Source of the DNA: Eledone cirrhosa
Lineage: Eukaryota
Assembly: GCA_964016885.1 (NCBI GenBank)
Contig: OZ024744.1
Span: 96,472,001 to 96,536,000, forward strand
Length of the DNA: 64,000 nt
Direction: 5' to 3'
The stretch's first letter is position 1. The number at the start of each line of letters is the position of its first letter. A model generated the notes under the pieces. That model saw only the letters and a program-made list of their open reading frames with translations, did no database searches and had not been told where the DNA came from. Shown here piece by piece: positions 28,687 through 41,959 of this stretch. The translations under genes were made by a program, and so were the position numbers.

Positions 28687-29001
28687 ATAAGAAGATGTAC
28701 TGAAAAGTTCATAGGCTGACTATGAAGGAGTGATGCTAGAGCTGTGAAATGTTGCATGCATTAATTTCAACTCTTCTTATTAATAATTACATTTTTTTTT
28801 TTTTCAGGGATTATATTGCAAAATAAACCTCATTATTCCATGAGAGTATCTTTGACGGTCTATGAAGGAGTGACACTAGAGCTTTGAAATCTTGCATGCA
28901 TTGTTTGTTTTTGTAGGGACTATGTTGAAAAATAATCCTCATTCGGTCATTGCACGAGAGTATCTTGGTCAGCCAATGGAAGTTTTCAGCCGAGCCTCGT
29001 A
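28687..29001. mobile_element. Possible non-autonomous Tc1/mariner-like MITE
   Basis: Imperfect terminal inverted repeats (ta..aga....ctgaaaagttcataggctgac / gtcagccaatggaagttttcag....cctcgta) and an internal duplication. Confidence 0.45.
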
Positions 29002-29083
29002 CAAGTAGAACAAGAACATTTACAACAAGATTAAAGTTTTTGTATCGAGTTATCTATATATATACATACTAACACACACACGC

Positions 29084-29197
<114 letters not shown>

Positions 29198-29244
29198 TCA
29201 GAACCCCGACGGCTGAGCTCCGGCTGTTTCGTCAGCTAGAACCG

Positions 29245-29282
<38 letters not shown>

Positions 29283-29288
29283 ATATTT

Positions 29289-29470
29289 GACCGCGACGGC
29301 AGAGCTCAAGCCGTTTCGACGGTTATTTCTGAGTCCAGAAATAGCCGTCGAAACCACTTGAGCTCTGCCGTCGGGGTCATACTTTTTCCTATTACCCACT
29401 CTACTACCCTAAGTATTGAATACTCTGGTGCGTTATGGTCCATCTGGTTCCTTACCACAAGCCCTTCGTT
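29289..29470 (+). mobile_element. (TA)n-flanked repeat family with an inverted 5' segment and the 3' half of a hammerhead; other copies at 10533-10575(-), 37806-38005, 44083-44218 and 63845-63965
   Basis: Shared tail ccactctactaccctaagtattga..tggtgcgttatggtccatctggttccttacc..cttcgttatata. The 37880-37913 copy has GAAAcggc..gccGTC ggggtc. Confidence 0.75.
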
Positions 29471-29545
29471 ATATATATATATACAGTATATATATATATA
29501 CATATATATATACTGTATATATATATATATAAATATATATATACA

Positions 29546-29612
<67 letters not shown>

Positions 29613-29668
29613 GGTTAGGCCATTACTCACCAGGGGTCTCGATACTAGCTAGGGGTAATAGGGTATGG

Positions 29669-29706
<38 letters not shown>

Positions 29707-29777
29707 AAAAAGAAAATTAGAATTTTATTTCTCGCCCTAGCACAGCTAATACATAAATGTATGTATATATACATATG

Positions 29778-29815
<38 letters not shown>

Positions 29816-29987
29816 TGTGTTTGTGTGCATACTTACATTTATGTATTAGCTGTGCTAGAGCGAGAAATAAAATTCTAATTTTATTTTAATATTCGGCAAG
29901 GCCAGTCGTAACTCACTCGGTATTTCAAATGAGTCTACTCAGCCAATATGTACTTAAGAAAATGATATATATTTCAACCGTTCAACA

Positions 29988-30042
29988 GAGGTATACAGTC
30001 CTGATGAAGGGTAATGACCCAGAAACATGTTGATTGTTCCTC
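29988..30042 (+). ncRNA. Minimal type I hammerhead ribozyme motif with palindromic stem III
   Basis: acagtc CTGATGA a-gggt-aatg-accc-a GAA ACATGT T gattgt. Same family as 10654. Confidence 0.8.
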
Positions 30043-30131
30043 AAAGCCAGTTTTGAACAAACAGGTGACAATCGGGCCGTTTGTTTACAGACGAATCGAG
30101 CATTATTCTTAATGTTCGATATAACCCATTC

Positions 30132-30198
<67 letters not shown>

Positions 30199-30375
30199 TG
30201 TGTGTGTGTACGTGTGCGTACTTACACACACACACATATATATAAGTGGTGAGAAAGATCGGTAAACAATTCAAGAGCAATATGGTTAAAAGATATCTCA
30301 TATAAGTTGATCTTCTTAAGTAGGAAACCAAACAGTAGCCAATATATGAACATAATATATATATATGTTATGAAC

Positions 30376-30455
<80 letters not shown>

Positions 30456-30494
30456 TATAGATTTATAGATATATAGATAGATATATGTATACAG

Positions 30495-30529
<35 letters not shown>

Positions 30530-30537
30530 TATATATA

Positions 30538-30586
<49 letters not shown>

Positions 30587-30814
30587 TTTCCATGCTATTT
30601 CCAATCTCCCCTTTTCTCTGTATCCACTGTTTTGTATAGAACCTTACTTCTCTTTTCATATAAATATATGCAGATCTGTATATATCTACGTATGCATATA
30701 TGTACGTATATATATATATATATATGCATACGTAGATATATAGACATACACACATATATATATATATACATGCACATATGTATGTGCTTGTGTATTTGAA
30801 TATATACATAGAGA

Positions 30815-30851
<37 letters not shown>

Positions 30852-31359
30852 AACCATTTTTCTTTCAATCATATTTATTGTACAGTTGACTGTGTTAGAG
30901 AATATTTTATTTTTGTCAAATTTTTTCATGATTTACTTTCTTAAGTATTTCATGTTTAGATTGTGATAAAAAAAATGTCCCTACGCCCATCCATTAAGTT
31001 TTTCAAGGCCTTATCGGTCTAATTTTCTGAATAAGAAAGTAATAGTGTAAACAATTTACCACCATCAACATTTCATTCACAAGAGATGGTACGTGGCTGA
31101 GAAGTTATTGAAACCTTAATGGATGTATGGATATAGAAATATTATTGTTCCATTCTAAGCATAATAGGCTAGTAAAGAAATATAAAGAAAATCCTTAATA
31201 AATATTAAAAGAGAAAAGAAGAGAATAACAAAAAGAAATGCAAAAGCAAAATAAAATATTAAACTCTAACAGCGTTGTGTCTTCAATATATATATATATG
31301 TATATATGTATAAAAATTAATGCTATATAAATACAGATACGAGAACACACACACACACC

Positions 31360-31403
<44 letters not shown>

Positions 31404-31491
31404 AATGCATGCACACATACGCGCGTACATTCACATACACAAGCATGATATGCGCATAATATATATATATATTTATATATATACACACACA

Positions 31492-31527
<36 letters not shown>

Positions 31528-31609
31528 CACATATACACACACATATATATACATATACGCACACATATATATATATACACACATATATATATACATATAC
31601 ATATATTAT

Positions 31610-32341
31610 ATATAGTGTTAAGAACTCAAATAGTCTTTTACAATTAAATAGCTCAAAGAAAGGAATATTTCCGAGCCGTGTAATACAAATGAATATATGA
31701 TAGGGATAAACACTGATGCAAGTATACATGTGTTCGTATTGCAAATGACCAAGTTAGCTAGATTGAAAAATACTAATCAATCTAGCTAACTTGGTCATTT
31801 GCAATGCAAACACATATATACTTGTATCAGTGTTTATCCCTATCATATATTCATTTGTATTACACGGCTCAGAAATATTCCTTTCTTTGAGTTATTTAAT
31901 TGTAAAAGACTATTTGAGTTTATAACTCTATATATAATATTTTCGGCTCCATACGTAGAGCTAATTTTTAGTCCCATAAAACCGTCTGCTATTTTTAGCG
32001 GCACGAGTATGGGACGGGTTAGGTGCTGTGACACATGTGCGTTCAACAACACATTTCTCTCAGTCTTCTTAAGTATTTTGAAGAGAAACTTACCAATTTC
32101 TGGATACCTGCAGAAGAGCACAGGAATAGTAACTTTCACTTAATTGTTGCGAAACAAATTTAAAATTTGTCCAGCTATCACGGCTATTGCCAAGATAGGT
32201 TTGTTTTTATTGATTCACTATTTTAAATCGAGACAGGCAAACCGTATTATTTTAATTAGTATTTTTCAATCTAGCTAACTTGGTCATTTGCAATACGAAC
32301 ACATGTATACTTGTATCAGTGTTTATCCCTATCATATATTC

Positions 32342-32345
<4 letters not shown>
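31610..32345. repeat. Inverted repeat (about 31610-31765 and 31778-31935) plus a third direct copy (about 32266-32345), resembling a PLE pseudo-LTR layout
   Basis: The block caatctagctaacttggtcatttgcaat...ccctatcatatattcattt occurs three times, once inverted. Confidence 0.75.
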
Positions 32346-32386
<41 letters not shown>

Positions 32387-32825
32387 TACATGATTAATAT
32401 AAAATATAAAATCAGCACTCTACACTGGTTTTGCTAATCTGCAAAAATAACAAACAGAAAAAAAAGAGAACAATAATGCCCCCCCCCCCCCCCCCAACCA
32501 ACTTATTTTTGGCAACAATGTTAAAAAGTCAGGCGCAACCTATGTAAGAGTGCTTATGATATATCATTGAATACTTACAGTAATTGCACCTTACCCCATT
32601 CCCATAAAAAACAAAAACAAAACACAACAAAAAACAAATACGAAAAGCAAAATAAAACAAATAATAATTTTCATAAATATATATAATTCCGCTGTCCGTA
32701 CTATATAATCTTTAACATAACATTTTTAGCATTTACTGCATATTAATAGGCACATACACAAATTCAAACACATATATATATGCACGCATACACACATACA
32801 TATATGAATATGTATATATATATAT

Positions 32826-33080
32826 ACATATATATGAAAAAAAGGAAAAGAATGACTTCACTTATAGTGTTAAATAATTTGATTTAATTTTATAATATTA
32901 TAATATTATGAGTTGGTAGATCTAGAAAGTTCTTTGTTAACTTTGGTGGGAAGAATTTTAAAGAATTTTAAAGAATGAACTTACTAGATCTACCAACTCA
33001 TAATATTATAATATTATAAAATTAAATCAAATTATTTAACACTACAAGTGAAGTCATTCTTTTCCTTTTTTTCATATATA
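32826..33080. repeat. Inverted repeat with ~105-bp arms between (TA)n tracts
   Basis: Arms at about 32826-32933 and 32977-33080. Confidence 0.85.
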
Positions 33081-33158
33081 TATATATATATTAGAAAGTG
33101 AGGTTTTTTTTACAAAATGAAAAATAACCGAGGTGTCCTACACGAGTGAAAGTATAAA

Positions 33159-33450
33159 GAAAAAGAGATGAAATCGAAAATGCAACTGGAGTCTTATTTA
33201 TTTTTTAAATATATATATTTATTTGGTTCCTTTACAGGTTTCGCAGTTCTTCTGCTTTTCAAAAGGTGAGTTGAGATGGAGGATCTGTGGTTTTTCTCAC
33301 ATCTGATGTGAGAAAAACCACAGACCCTCCATCTCAACTCACCTTTTGAAAAGCAGAAGAACTGCGAAACCGGTAAAGGAACCAAATAAATATATATATT
33401 TTAAAAAAAAATAAGACTCCAGTTGCATTTTCGATTTCATCTCTTTTTCT
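33159..33450. repeat. Near-perfect palindrome with ~145-bp arms and a degenerate hammerhead
   Basis: Centre cacatc-t-gatgtg at 33304. Right arm reads cctt TTGAAAA gcag-aagaa-ctgc GAAA ccgg TA aagg. Confidence 0.85.
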
Positions 33451-33592
33451 ATATATATATATAAATATATATAGTATATATATATATATAGTATATATAT
33501 AGTATATATATAGTATACATATATATATATACTATATATAGTATATATATAGTATACATATATATATATACTATATATAGTATATATATAGT

Positions 33593-33628
<36 letters not shown>

Positions 33629-34132
33629 TATATGTACTTGGAACTCATCAGGAGATACCTGAACAGGACTAAGGTTTTTCCACCATGATCCCCGCCAGAA
33701 ATGAATTCAAAATGGCTAAGAATCATCACGTGGCCAATGGTCAAGGCAGAAAGTTTGTGATTGCTGCCTGTCGGCGAGTAGGCTGGTTGCTAGAAAGCGC
33801 AGCCGAATACTGCCTAAAGTTTTACTCAACCTTACGGGAATATATATTAAATTTAAAGGGTATATATATATATATAAATTAGACAAAGTCATAGATACAT
33901 ATATATGTTTTTGGCAACCATTCACGGTGTGGCTCAATGAAGAATTAATAAAATAATTAATAATCAGAGCAATATATAAAAATGTAAGTCCAAAGAATCA
34001 TTAGATAAAATATATTCAGTATTTCCTCACCCAGTCAGTATAAATTGACCACTGGCCACGTGATGATTCTTAGCCTTTTTGAATTCATTTATGGCGGGGA
34101 TCATGGTGTAAAAATCCTAGTCCTGTTGAGGT

Positions 34133-34217
34133 ATTTCCTGATGAGTTCCAAGCCTCGTTGATTTATCCATGACGGGATATATCCAAAAAGTGAACGAAAC
34201 CGCCAGGTGGTAGAAAT
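34133..34217 (+). ncRNA. Type I hammerhead ribozyme motif with large loop II
   Basis: atttc CTGATGA gttc...gaac GAAA ccgcc-a-ggtgg TA gaaat. All three stems pair. Confidence 0.8.
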
Positions 34218-34505
34218 TATGAAGATTTTCGTAAAGTTTATGTACATTTTTTCTACTAACTTCGATTTTGTACCTAATTACGTGCAGTTAACTATTTGTT
34301 TAGTCAATTTCTACAGGCTAGTAGGAATATTAAGTAAATATTTTGTAGCTGTACGTCGCGGAAAAGGAGCTATATCATTTGTCTATTATTTCTTCATAAG
34401 TACATTTTAAACTTATAGCCTCGTTTAAATGATTTTTTTATGCGGTTGATTTATACTTATTGGGTGAGGAAATACTGTATATATTTTATCTAATGATTCT
34501 TTGGA

Positions 34506-34556
<51 letters not shown>

Positions 34557-34585
34557 ATTTGTGTGTGTGTTTATGTATGTGTGTG

Positions 34586-34616
<31 letters not shown>

Positions 34617-35134
34617 CCAGGGAGTGTAACTACCGAAGTTTCTATAGGTTCACCCATAGTTTCACGTCAGTATCGAGGTGATGAGCTTGACAGAGTATAA
34701 CATAATAATACAAGGACGAGTGTTTAAGCATTCCTTACGTTTACTGGTTGGCAACGTGCGTTTCACTACTGATCAGCTCAAGGTTCGATCTTTATCGATC
34801 TGGAATCAAAAGCTCATCGGGCCTCTGTAGTAGTAATGAACTGATCAGTAGCGAAACGCGCGTCACCAACCAATAAACATAATTAAGGAGTAACCATTCG
34901 GTCCTTGTATTATTATTATGACACACACACACACACGCACACACACACATATATATATATATATGTCGTTTCTGTTTGGATTGCCTTGAGAACATAACCT
35001 TATTATGTAAGAAGCTGTCTGATGATGTCATGGCACTGGGTACACGGGATCGTATGGCCACTGTCGTCATTGAAATATGTATCACAGCATTATCATTAAA
35101 AGACTTTAACATCTGAAACTACTTCGCATATTTT

Positions 35135-35218
<84 letters not shown>

Positions 35219-35798
35219 TATTATTCACCTTCCAATTACGCGCGTTTCTCTGGGAATTATTATATGCAGATCACCTGTCTGTGATTTTTTAAATAGAAGT
35301 TGTTAGGCTTGTATTTATGCAAGATGGTTTTTGAGGAAGGGGAAAGAACGTGAAGGGTTCGGTTGCTAGTGGAATAACTTACTTAGCCTTGTGCAAATTA
35401 GAAAAAAAAGGTGTTCCTGTTTAGGTTTATGCAATCTAATATGTGGGCTGGAAAGTTATAGTGGGGTGTTTAATTAAAAGTGTTATTGGGTACAATTTAG
35501 ATATTCAATCATCTGTCAACATTTAGACCCCCCGAGAAACGATCATCGACGAAGCTCGCAAGCCACGAAGTTCCTAAAGGACGCAGGCGTGGATTACCTA
35601 TTACGTAGTTTTAAAGCTCCGACTGTCTGTCGGACGTAACATCCCTAGACCGAGTAAAATGAATAATCTATTGCATTCTGATTTTTTACATTTGACTCCC
35701 AAGCATCGATCTCACGTGAGTCGAGCCCCCTTTGAGAAAATCTTCTGCGCATGTCTATTTGTGCCATCGTTTACCTTCTCCGTATTACCTAATTTAAA

Positions 35799-35840
35799 CG
35801 GAGCTGATGATCCGTTTGAGGTGAAACAAATTGTCCTCGG
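35799..35840 (+). ncRNA. Minimal type I hammerhead ribozyme motif
   Basis: gag CTGATGA t-cc-gtttga-gg-t GAAA caaattg TC ctc. Lies in a repeat (about 35770-35940) homologous to 41530-41880. Confidence 0.7.
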
Positions 35841-35978
35841 ATATGATGTATTGACAGTTGTGGAACTACTTATACCAATCTCGTCCCATGGACTGAATGC
35901 CCCACTACTGGGGTTATAACCCACCAGTATGTTCTATCACACGCACACACGCGCACACACACGCGCACGCACACGCAC

Positions 35979-36047
<69 letters not shown>

Positions 36048-36574
36048 TATATAGGTGTACAGTTTTTCACCGTACTTAACCTTTCTGTAGCAGCATGTTT
36101 TACAATTTTTCTGTAATAGAATGTTTTTTAAATTTTAAAATTTTTAATGCTTTTATCTCCTCCTAATTTTTATTGAATTTATATTCTCCTATTCCCCTTA
36201 TGCCTCTTCCGCCTCTGTTATTTTATATCCTATATAAATGTTGATACTTATACTTATCTAGCCTCCCATATATATCCTCCTAATGTACTTGTGACAAACT
36301 TTTGATATTATATTTGTGTTTGACCTTTATTATCTACTCCAATGAATTGGGCTTTGTACTAGGATGAAACGATCGTAAGTGATTAAATATTTTAAAGACT
36401 CTTTCATTGTCATTTATATTGTATTTCAGCTCTGTAGTTTACTTGGTACTTTACATCGAACTATTTTCATACTTGTAATTGGATAATATTTATTATTACA
36501 CACATTATATATATATATATATATATATTATGGAGTGCTGTTGGCTTTTCGCTGCAGTGTTTTCTATATCTTTC

Positions 36575-36623
<49 letters not shown>

Positions 36624-36667
36624 CTTATATATTCCCTATATATATATATATATATATACCCCTTCTA

Positions 36668-36709
<42 letters not shown>

Positions 36710-37731
36710 TAGAAGGGGTATTTAATTTGTTGGAAGTCCGACAAATATACATGTTTATAACTGAATTAGAGCACTCAACAGTTTACTGGAGTAAATATTC
36801 AATGATATTAAACAAATGGACATTATCAAGTTACTGGATACTTATATATAGATATATATATATTTTATATATATATTTATATATATATTTATATATATAT
36901 GTATATTTATATATAGCTGCAATTATTGCATACATACATATAATTATGATTAAGTTTATGCTAAAAATACACGTTCATTTTAGATTATTAAGAGCCATGA
37001 TGAGTAAGTAGGTAAGTAGGATCTTAAAACAATATTTCGATGGGTTAAAATAAAATGAAGATAATACCTAAACTAAACCTATAGTAGCTCATTAATATAC
37101 ATAGCTAGATGATCACTTCGTTACATCATATGATGGTTTGTTGTAAGACATCCAGAAATGTGTTATTGTTTCTTTAAGTCAATCTAAAACCGATCAACAT
37201 ACAGCTACCATTTTGTTTTGTGTGTGCCAAGAATATTTAGTTCACCTCATGAACACTTTACTGTACAGTCTCTCCTCTTAATCTCTGTTTAATTTACACA
37301 CATAGCTACACTTAGACATTTACTATATACACTTGTAGACACACATACATACGCACACAAACAGGCACTCAGTCTCTCGCAAACATACATACATACATAC
37401 ACACACATGCACTCATAAACATGTGTACACATGCGAGCATACATATATATATATATATACACACACACACAAATACACACACACACTCACACACACTCAC
37501 ACACACATATATATATATATATATAATAAATCTCAGGTTCAATCGGGAAAACCACGGTAAGGAAGGTACTCAATACATTAGTAGAGTGTACACACCAAAT
37601 TTAATATAGAAATGGCTGCTACAGGACTAGAACTGTTTCATTCGAAAAGAATCATCAGGAAAGGGCTTTCTTGATGACTCTTTTCGAATGAAACATTTCT
37701 AGTCCTGTAGAAGCCATTCTTATATTAAAAT

Positions 37732-37803
<72 letters not shown>

Positions 37804-38419
37804 GTATAGGAAAAAGTATGACCCCGACGGCAGAGCTCAAGCCGTTTCGACGGCTATTTCTGGACTCTAATAGAAATAGCCGTCGAAACGGCTTGAGCTC
37901 TGCCGTCGGGGTCATACTTTTTCCTATTTTCCACTCTACTACCCTAAGTATTGAGTACTCTGGTGCGTTATGGTCCATCTGGTTCCTTACCACACCTCCT
38001 TCGTTATATATATATATACATGTATATATGCGACCACACGCATGTCCGCAAATATACACACATGCGAAAATACATACTTACGCAAGCATACATACACACA
38101 TGTACACACATATACATGAGTATACATACACATATATATATATATATACATACATATACATATATAGGAGCATACATACATCATACACACATGTGCACAC
38201 GTATGCATGAGTATACATGCACACATTTATATACATACACATACATATACATATAGGAGCATACATACATACACACATATGCATGAGAGCATACATACAT
38301 ATGTACACATATACATGAGCATACATACATAAACACACCAGCATACATACACACATGTGCACACATATACGCGAGGATTCATAGATACATATGCGAGCAT
38401 AGATACACACATACGCTAG

Positions 38420-40487
38420 CATTCATTCACATGTATGTGAGTATACACACATACATGTTTACACATATTCTCGTATATACATACACATATTTGTGTGTAT
38501 ACACACATACACGTGTACACATATTCTCGTATATACATACACATGTATGTGAACATACACACATACATGTGTACACATATTCTCGTATATACATACACAT
38601 GTATGTAAGCATACATACACAGATGTGTACACATATTCTCGTATATACATACACATGTATGTGAGCATACACACATACATGTGTACACATATTCTCGTAT
38701 ATACATACACATGTATGTGAGCATACACACATACATGTGTACACATATTCTCGTATATACATACACATGTATGTGAGCATACACACACAGATGTATACAC
38801 ATATTCTCGTATATACATACACATGTATGCGAGCATACATACATACATGTGCACACATATACGCGAACATTCATACACATATATGAGAGCAAATATACAT
38901 ACAAGTGTACACACATACACAAGTATACATACATACATACACACGCCAGCATACATACATAAACATATGTGTACACACATACATGCACACGCCATACATA
39001 CGCACGCCAGCATACATACATAAACATATGTGTACACACATACATACACATGCCATACATACACACGCCAGCATACATACATAAACATATGTGTACACAC
39101 ATACATACACACGTCAGCATACATACATAAACATATGTGTACACACATACATACACATGCCATACATACACACGCCAGCATACATAAACATATGTGTACA
39201 CACATACATACACACGCCAGCATACATAAACATATGTGTACACACATACATACACACGCCAGCATACATAAACATATGTGTACACACATACATACACACG
39301 CCAGCATACATAAACATATGTGTACACACATACATACACACGCCAGCATACATAAACATATGTGTACACACATACATACACACGCCAGCATACATAAACA
39401 TATGTGTACACACATACATACACACGCCAGCATACATAAACATATGTGTACACACATACATACACACGCCAGCATACATAAACATATGTGTACACACATA
39501 CATACACACGTCAGCATACATACATAAACATATGTGTACACACATACATACACATGCCATACATACACACGCCAGCATACATAAACATATGTGTACACAC
39601 ATACATACACACGCCAGCATACATAAACATATGTGTACACACATACATACACACGCCAGCATACATAAACATATGTGTACACACATACATACACACGCCA
39701 GCATACATAAACATATGTGTACACACATACATACACACGCCAGCATACATAAACATATGTGTACACACATACATACACACGCCAGCATACATAAACATAT
39801 GTGTACACACATACTTACACACGCCAGCATACATAAACATATGTGTACACACATACATACACACGCCAGCATACATAAACATATGTGTACACACATACTT
39901 ACACACGCCAGCATACATAAACATATGTGTACACACATACATACACACGCCAGCATACATAAACATATGTGTACACACATACATACACACGCCAGCATAC
40001 ATAAACATATGTGTACACACATACATACACACGCCAGCATACATAAACATATGTGTACACACATACTTACACACGCCAGCATACATAAACATATGTGTAC
40101 ACACATACATACACACGCCAGCATACATAAACATATGTGTACACACATACATACACACGCCAGCATACATAAACATATGTGTACACACATACATACACAC
40201 GCCAGCATACATAAACATATGTGTACACACATACTTACACACGCCAGCATACATAAACATATGTGTACACACATACATACACACGCCAGCATACATAAAC
40301 ATATGTGTACACACATACATACACACGCCAGCATACATAAACATATGTGTACACACATACATACACACGCCAGCATACATAAACATATGTGTACACACAT
40401 ACATACACACGCCAGCATACATAAACATATGTGTACACACATACTTACACACGCCAGCATACATAAACATATGTGTACACACATACG
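38420..40487. repeat. Compound minisatellite: 56-bp unit (about 38420-38830), then 42-bp unit acacgccagcatacataaacatatgtgtacacacatacatac (about 30 copies)
   Basis: Direct reading. Confidence 0.95.
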
Positions 40488-40725
40488 CATGCAAGTACCA
40501 TATTCTTTGAGAAATTTTTACAGTTGATATTTATATTGTTAGGTTTTCAGCTATCTTTTGCTTTTTATTGTTGTTGTTGCTGTTGTTGTTGTCGTTGTTG
40601 TTTACGTTGTTATTGTTGTTGTTTTTGTCATTGTTGTTGTCGTCGTCTTTGTTGTTGTCGTTGTCGTCGTTGTTGTCGTTGTCGTCACTGTTGTAACAAC
40701 AACAGCAACAACAACAATAATAATA

Positions 40726-41771
40726 ATTGTTCTACTTTAGGCACAAGGACAGCAATTATCCCAGTGCATTACTGGTACTTTATTTTATCGACCCTGTAAG
40801 GATGAAAGACAAAGTTAACCTCGGCGGGGTTTGAACTCATATCGTAAAGGGGCGTAATTCTATGCTAGAAAGCATGGCGTCCGACCCTCTACCGATACTG
40901 CCAATCCACGGCTAACACAAGGCCATCAAATATTCCAGTGCATTACTGGTACTTTATTTTATCGACCCCGTAAGGATGAAAAGCAAAGTTAACCTCGGCG
41001 GGATTTGAACTCATATCGTAAAGGGACGTAACTATGCTGCAAAGCATGGTGTCCGACCCTCTACCGTTACTGCCGATTTCTAGTATAGACACAAGACCTG
41101 CAATTTTGGGGTAGGAGAAAGTCGATTAAATCGACCCCAGTGTATTACTGGTACTTTATTTTATCGACCCCCCCCCCGTAAAGCTGAAAAAGAAAAATTT
41201 ACCTCGGCGGAATTTGAACTCAGACCGTAAAGGGCCGTAACTCTATGCTGCAAAGTATAGTGTCTGACACTCTACCGATACTGCTAATCCACCGCCCTAA
41301 CAACAACAACAACAACAATAATAATAAATGCATATGTACAGTGTATTAAACCCTCGAATCATGAAGCTGGTCATGGAAAAGACATTTCGAGAAACCACTT
41401 GAAAACACATGTATGTATATATAGAAGTAGTTCCACAACAGTTAGTTCACCATTTCAGAGAAGAATTGTTTCAACTTATTCGGATCATCAGCTCGGTTTA
41501 AATGAGGTTGTACGGAAAAGGAAAAACAATCACATTTAAACCGAGCTGATGATCCGATTAAGGTGAAACAATTGTTCTCAATAATTGTTTCTACTTTAGG
41601 CACAAGGCCAGCAAATACCCAGTGCATTACTGGTACTTTATTTTATCGACCCCCGTAAGGATGAAAGGCAAAGTTAACCTCAGTTGGATTTGAACTCAGA
41701 TCGTAAAGGGACGTAACTATGCTGGAAAGCATGGCGTCCGACCCTCCACCGATACTGCCAATCCACCGCCC
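40726..41771 (-). mobile_element. Four SINE copies (about 40726-40912, 40913-41075, 41076-41298, 41582-41771)
   Basis: Consensus match; the first three are in tandem. Confidence 0.85.
41541..41580 (+). ncRNA. Minimal type I hammerhead motif (palindromic ACAATTGT stem III), with an inverted damaged copy at 41457-41503
   Basis: ccgag CTGATGA tccgattaaggt GAAA caattg TT ctc. A SINE is inserted immediately downstream, with target duplication tgttctcaataat. Confidence 0.7.
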
Positions 41772-41959
41772 TTTTGTTCTCAATAATGGTGAACTAACTG
41801 TTGTGGAACTACTTCTTCCAAACTCGTCCCATTGACTGAGTGCTCTACTACTACGGATATAACCCTCCAGTGTTCTACTATTATATATATATATATGTGT
41901 GTGTGTGTGTAGGAGGTGAGTTTTTATTGTAGCACAATAAAGCATTGCAAATATAGCAT

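Noticed and set aside
31843-32139. 98-aa ORF as a PLE endonuclease region (ENIIYRV)
   Set aside because: Resemblance is too weak without a profile search; only the repeat layout is reported.
38416-40527. Long ORFs up to 478 aa, and the many YI/HT/CV/LS/RE-repeat ORFs elsewhere
   Set aside because: Translations of micro- and minisatellites with no domain content.
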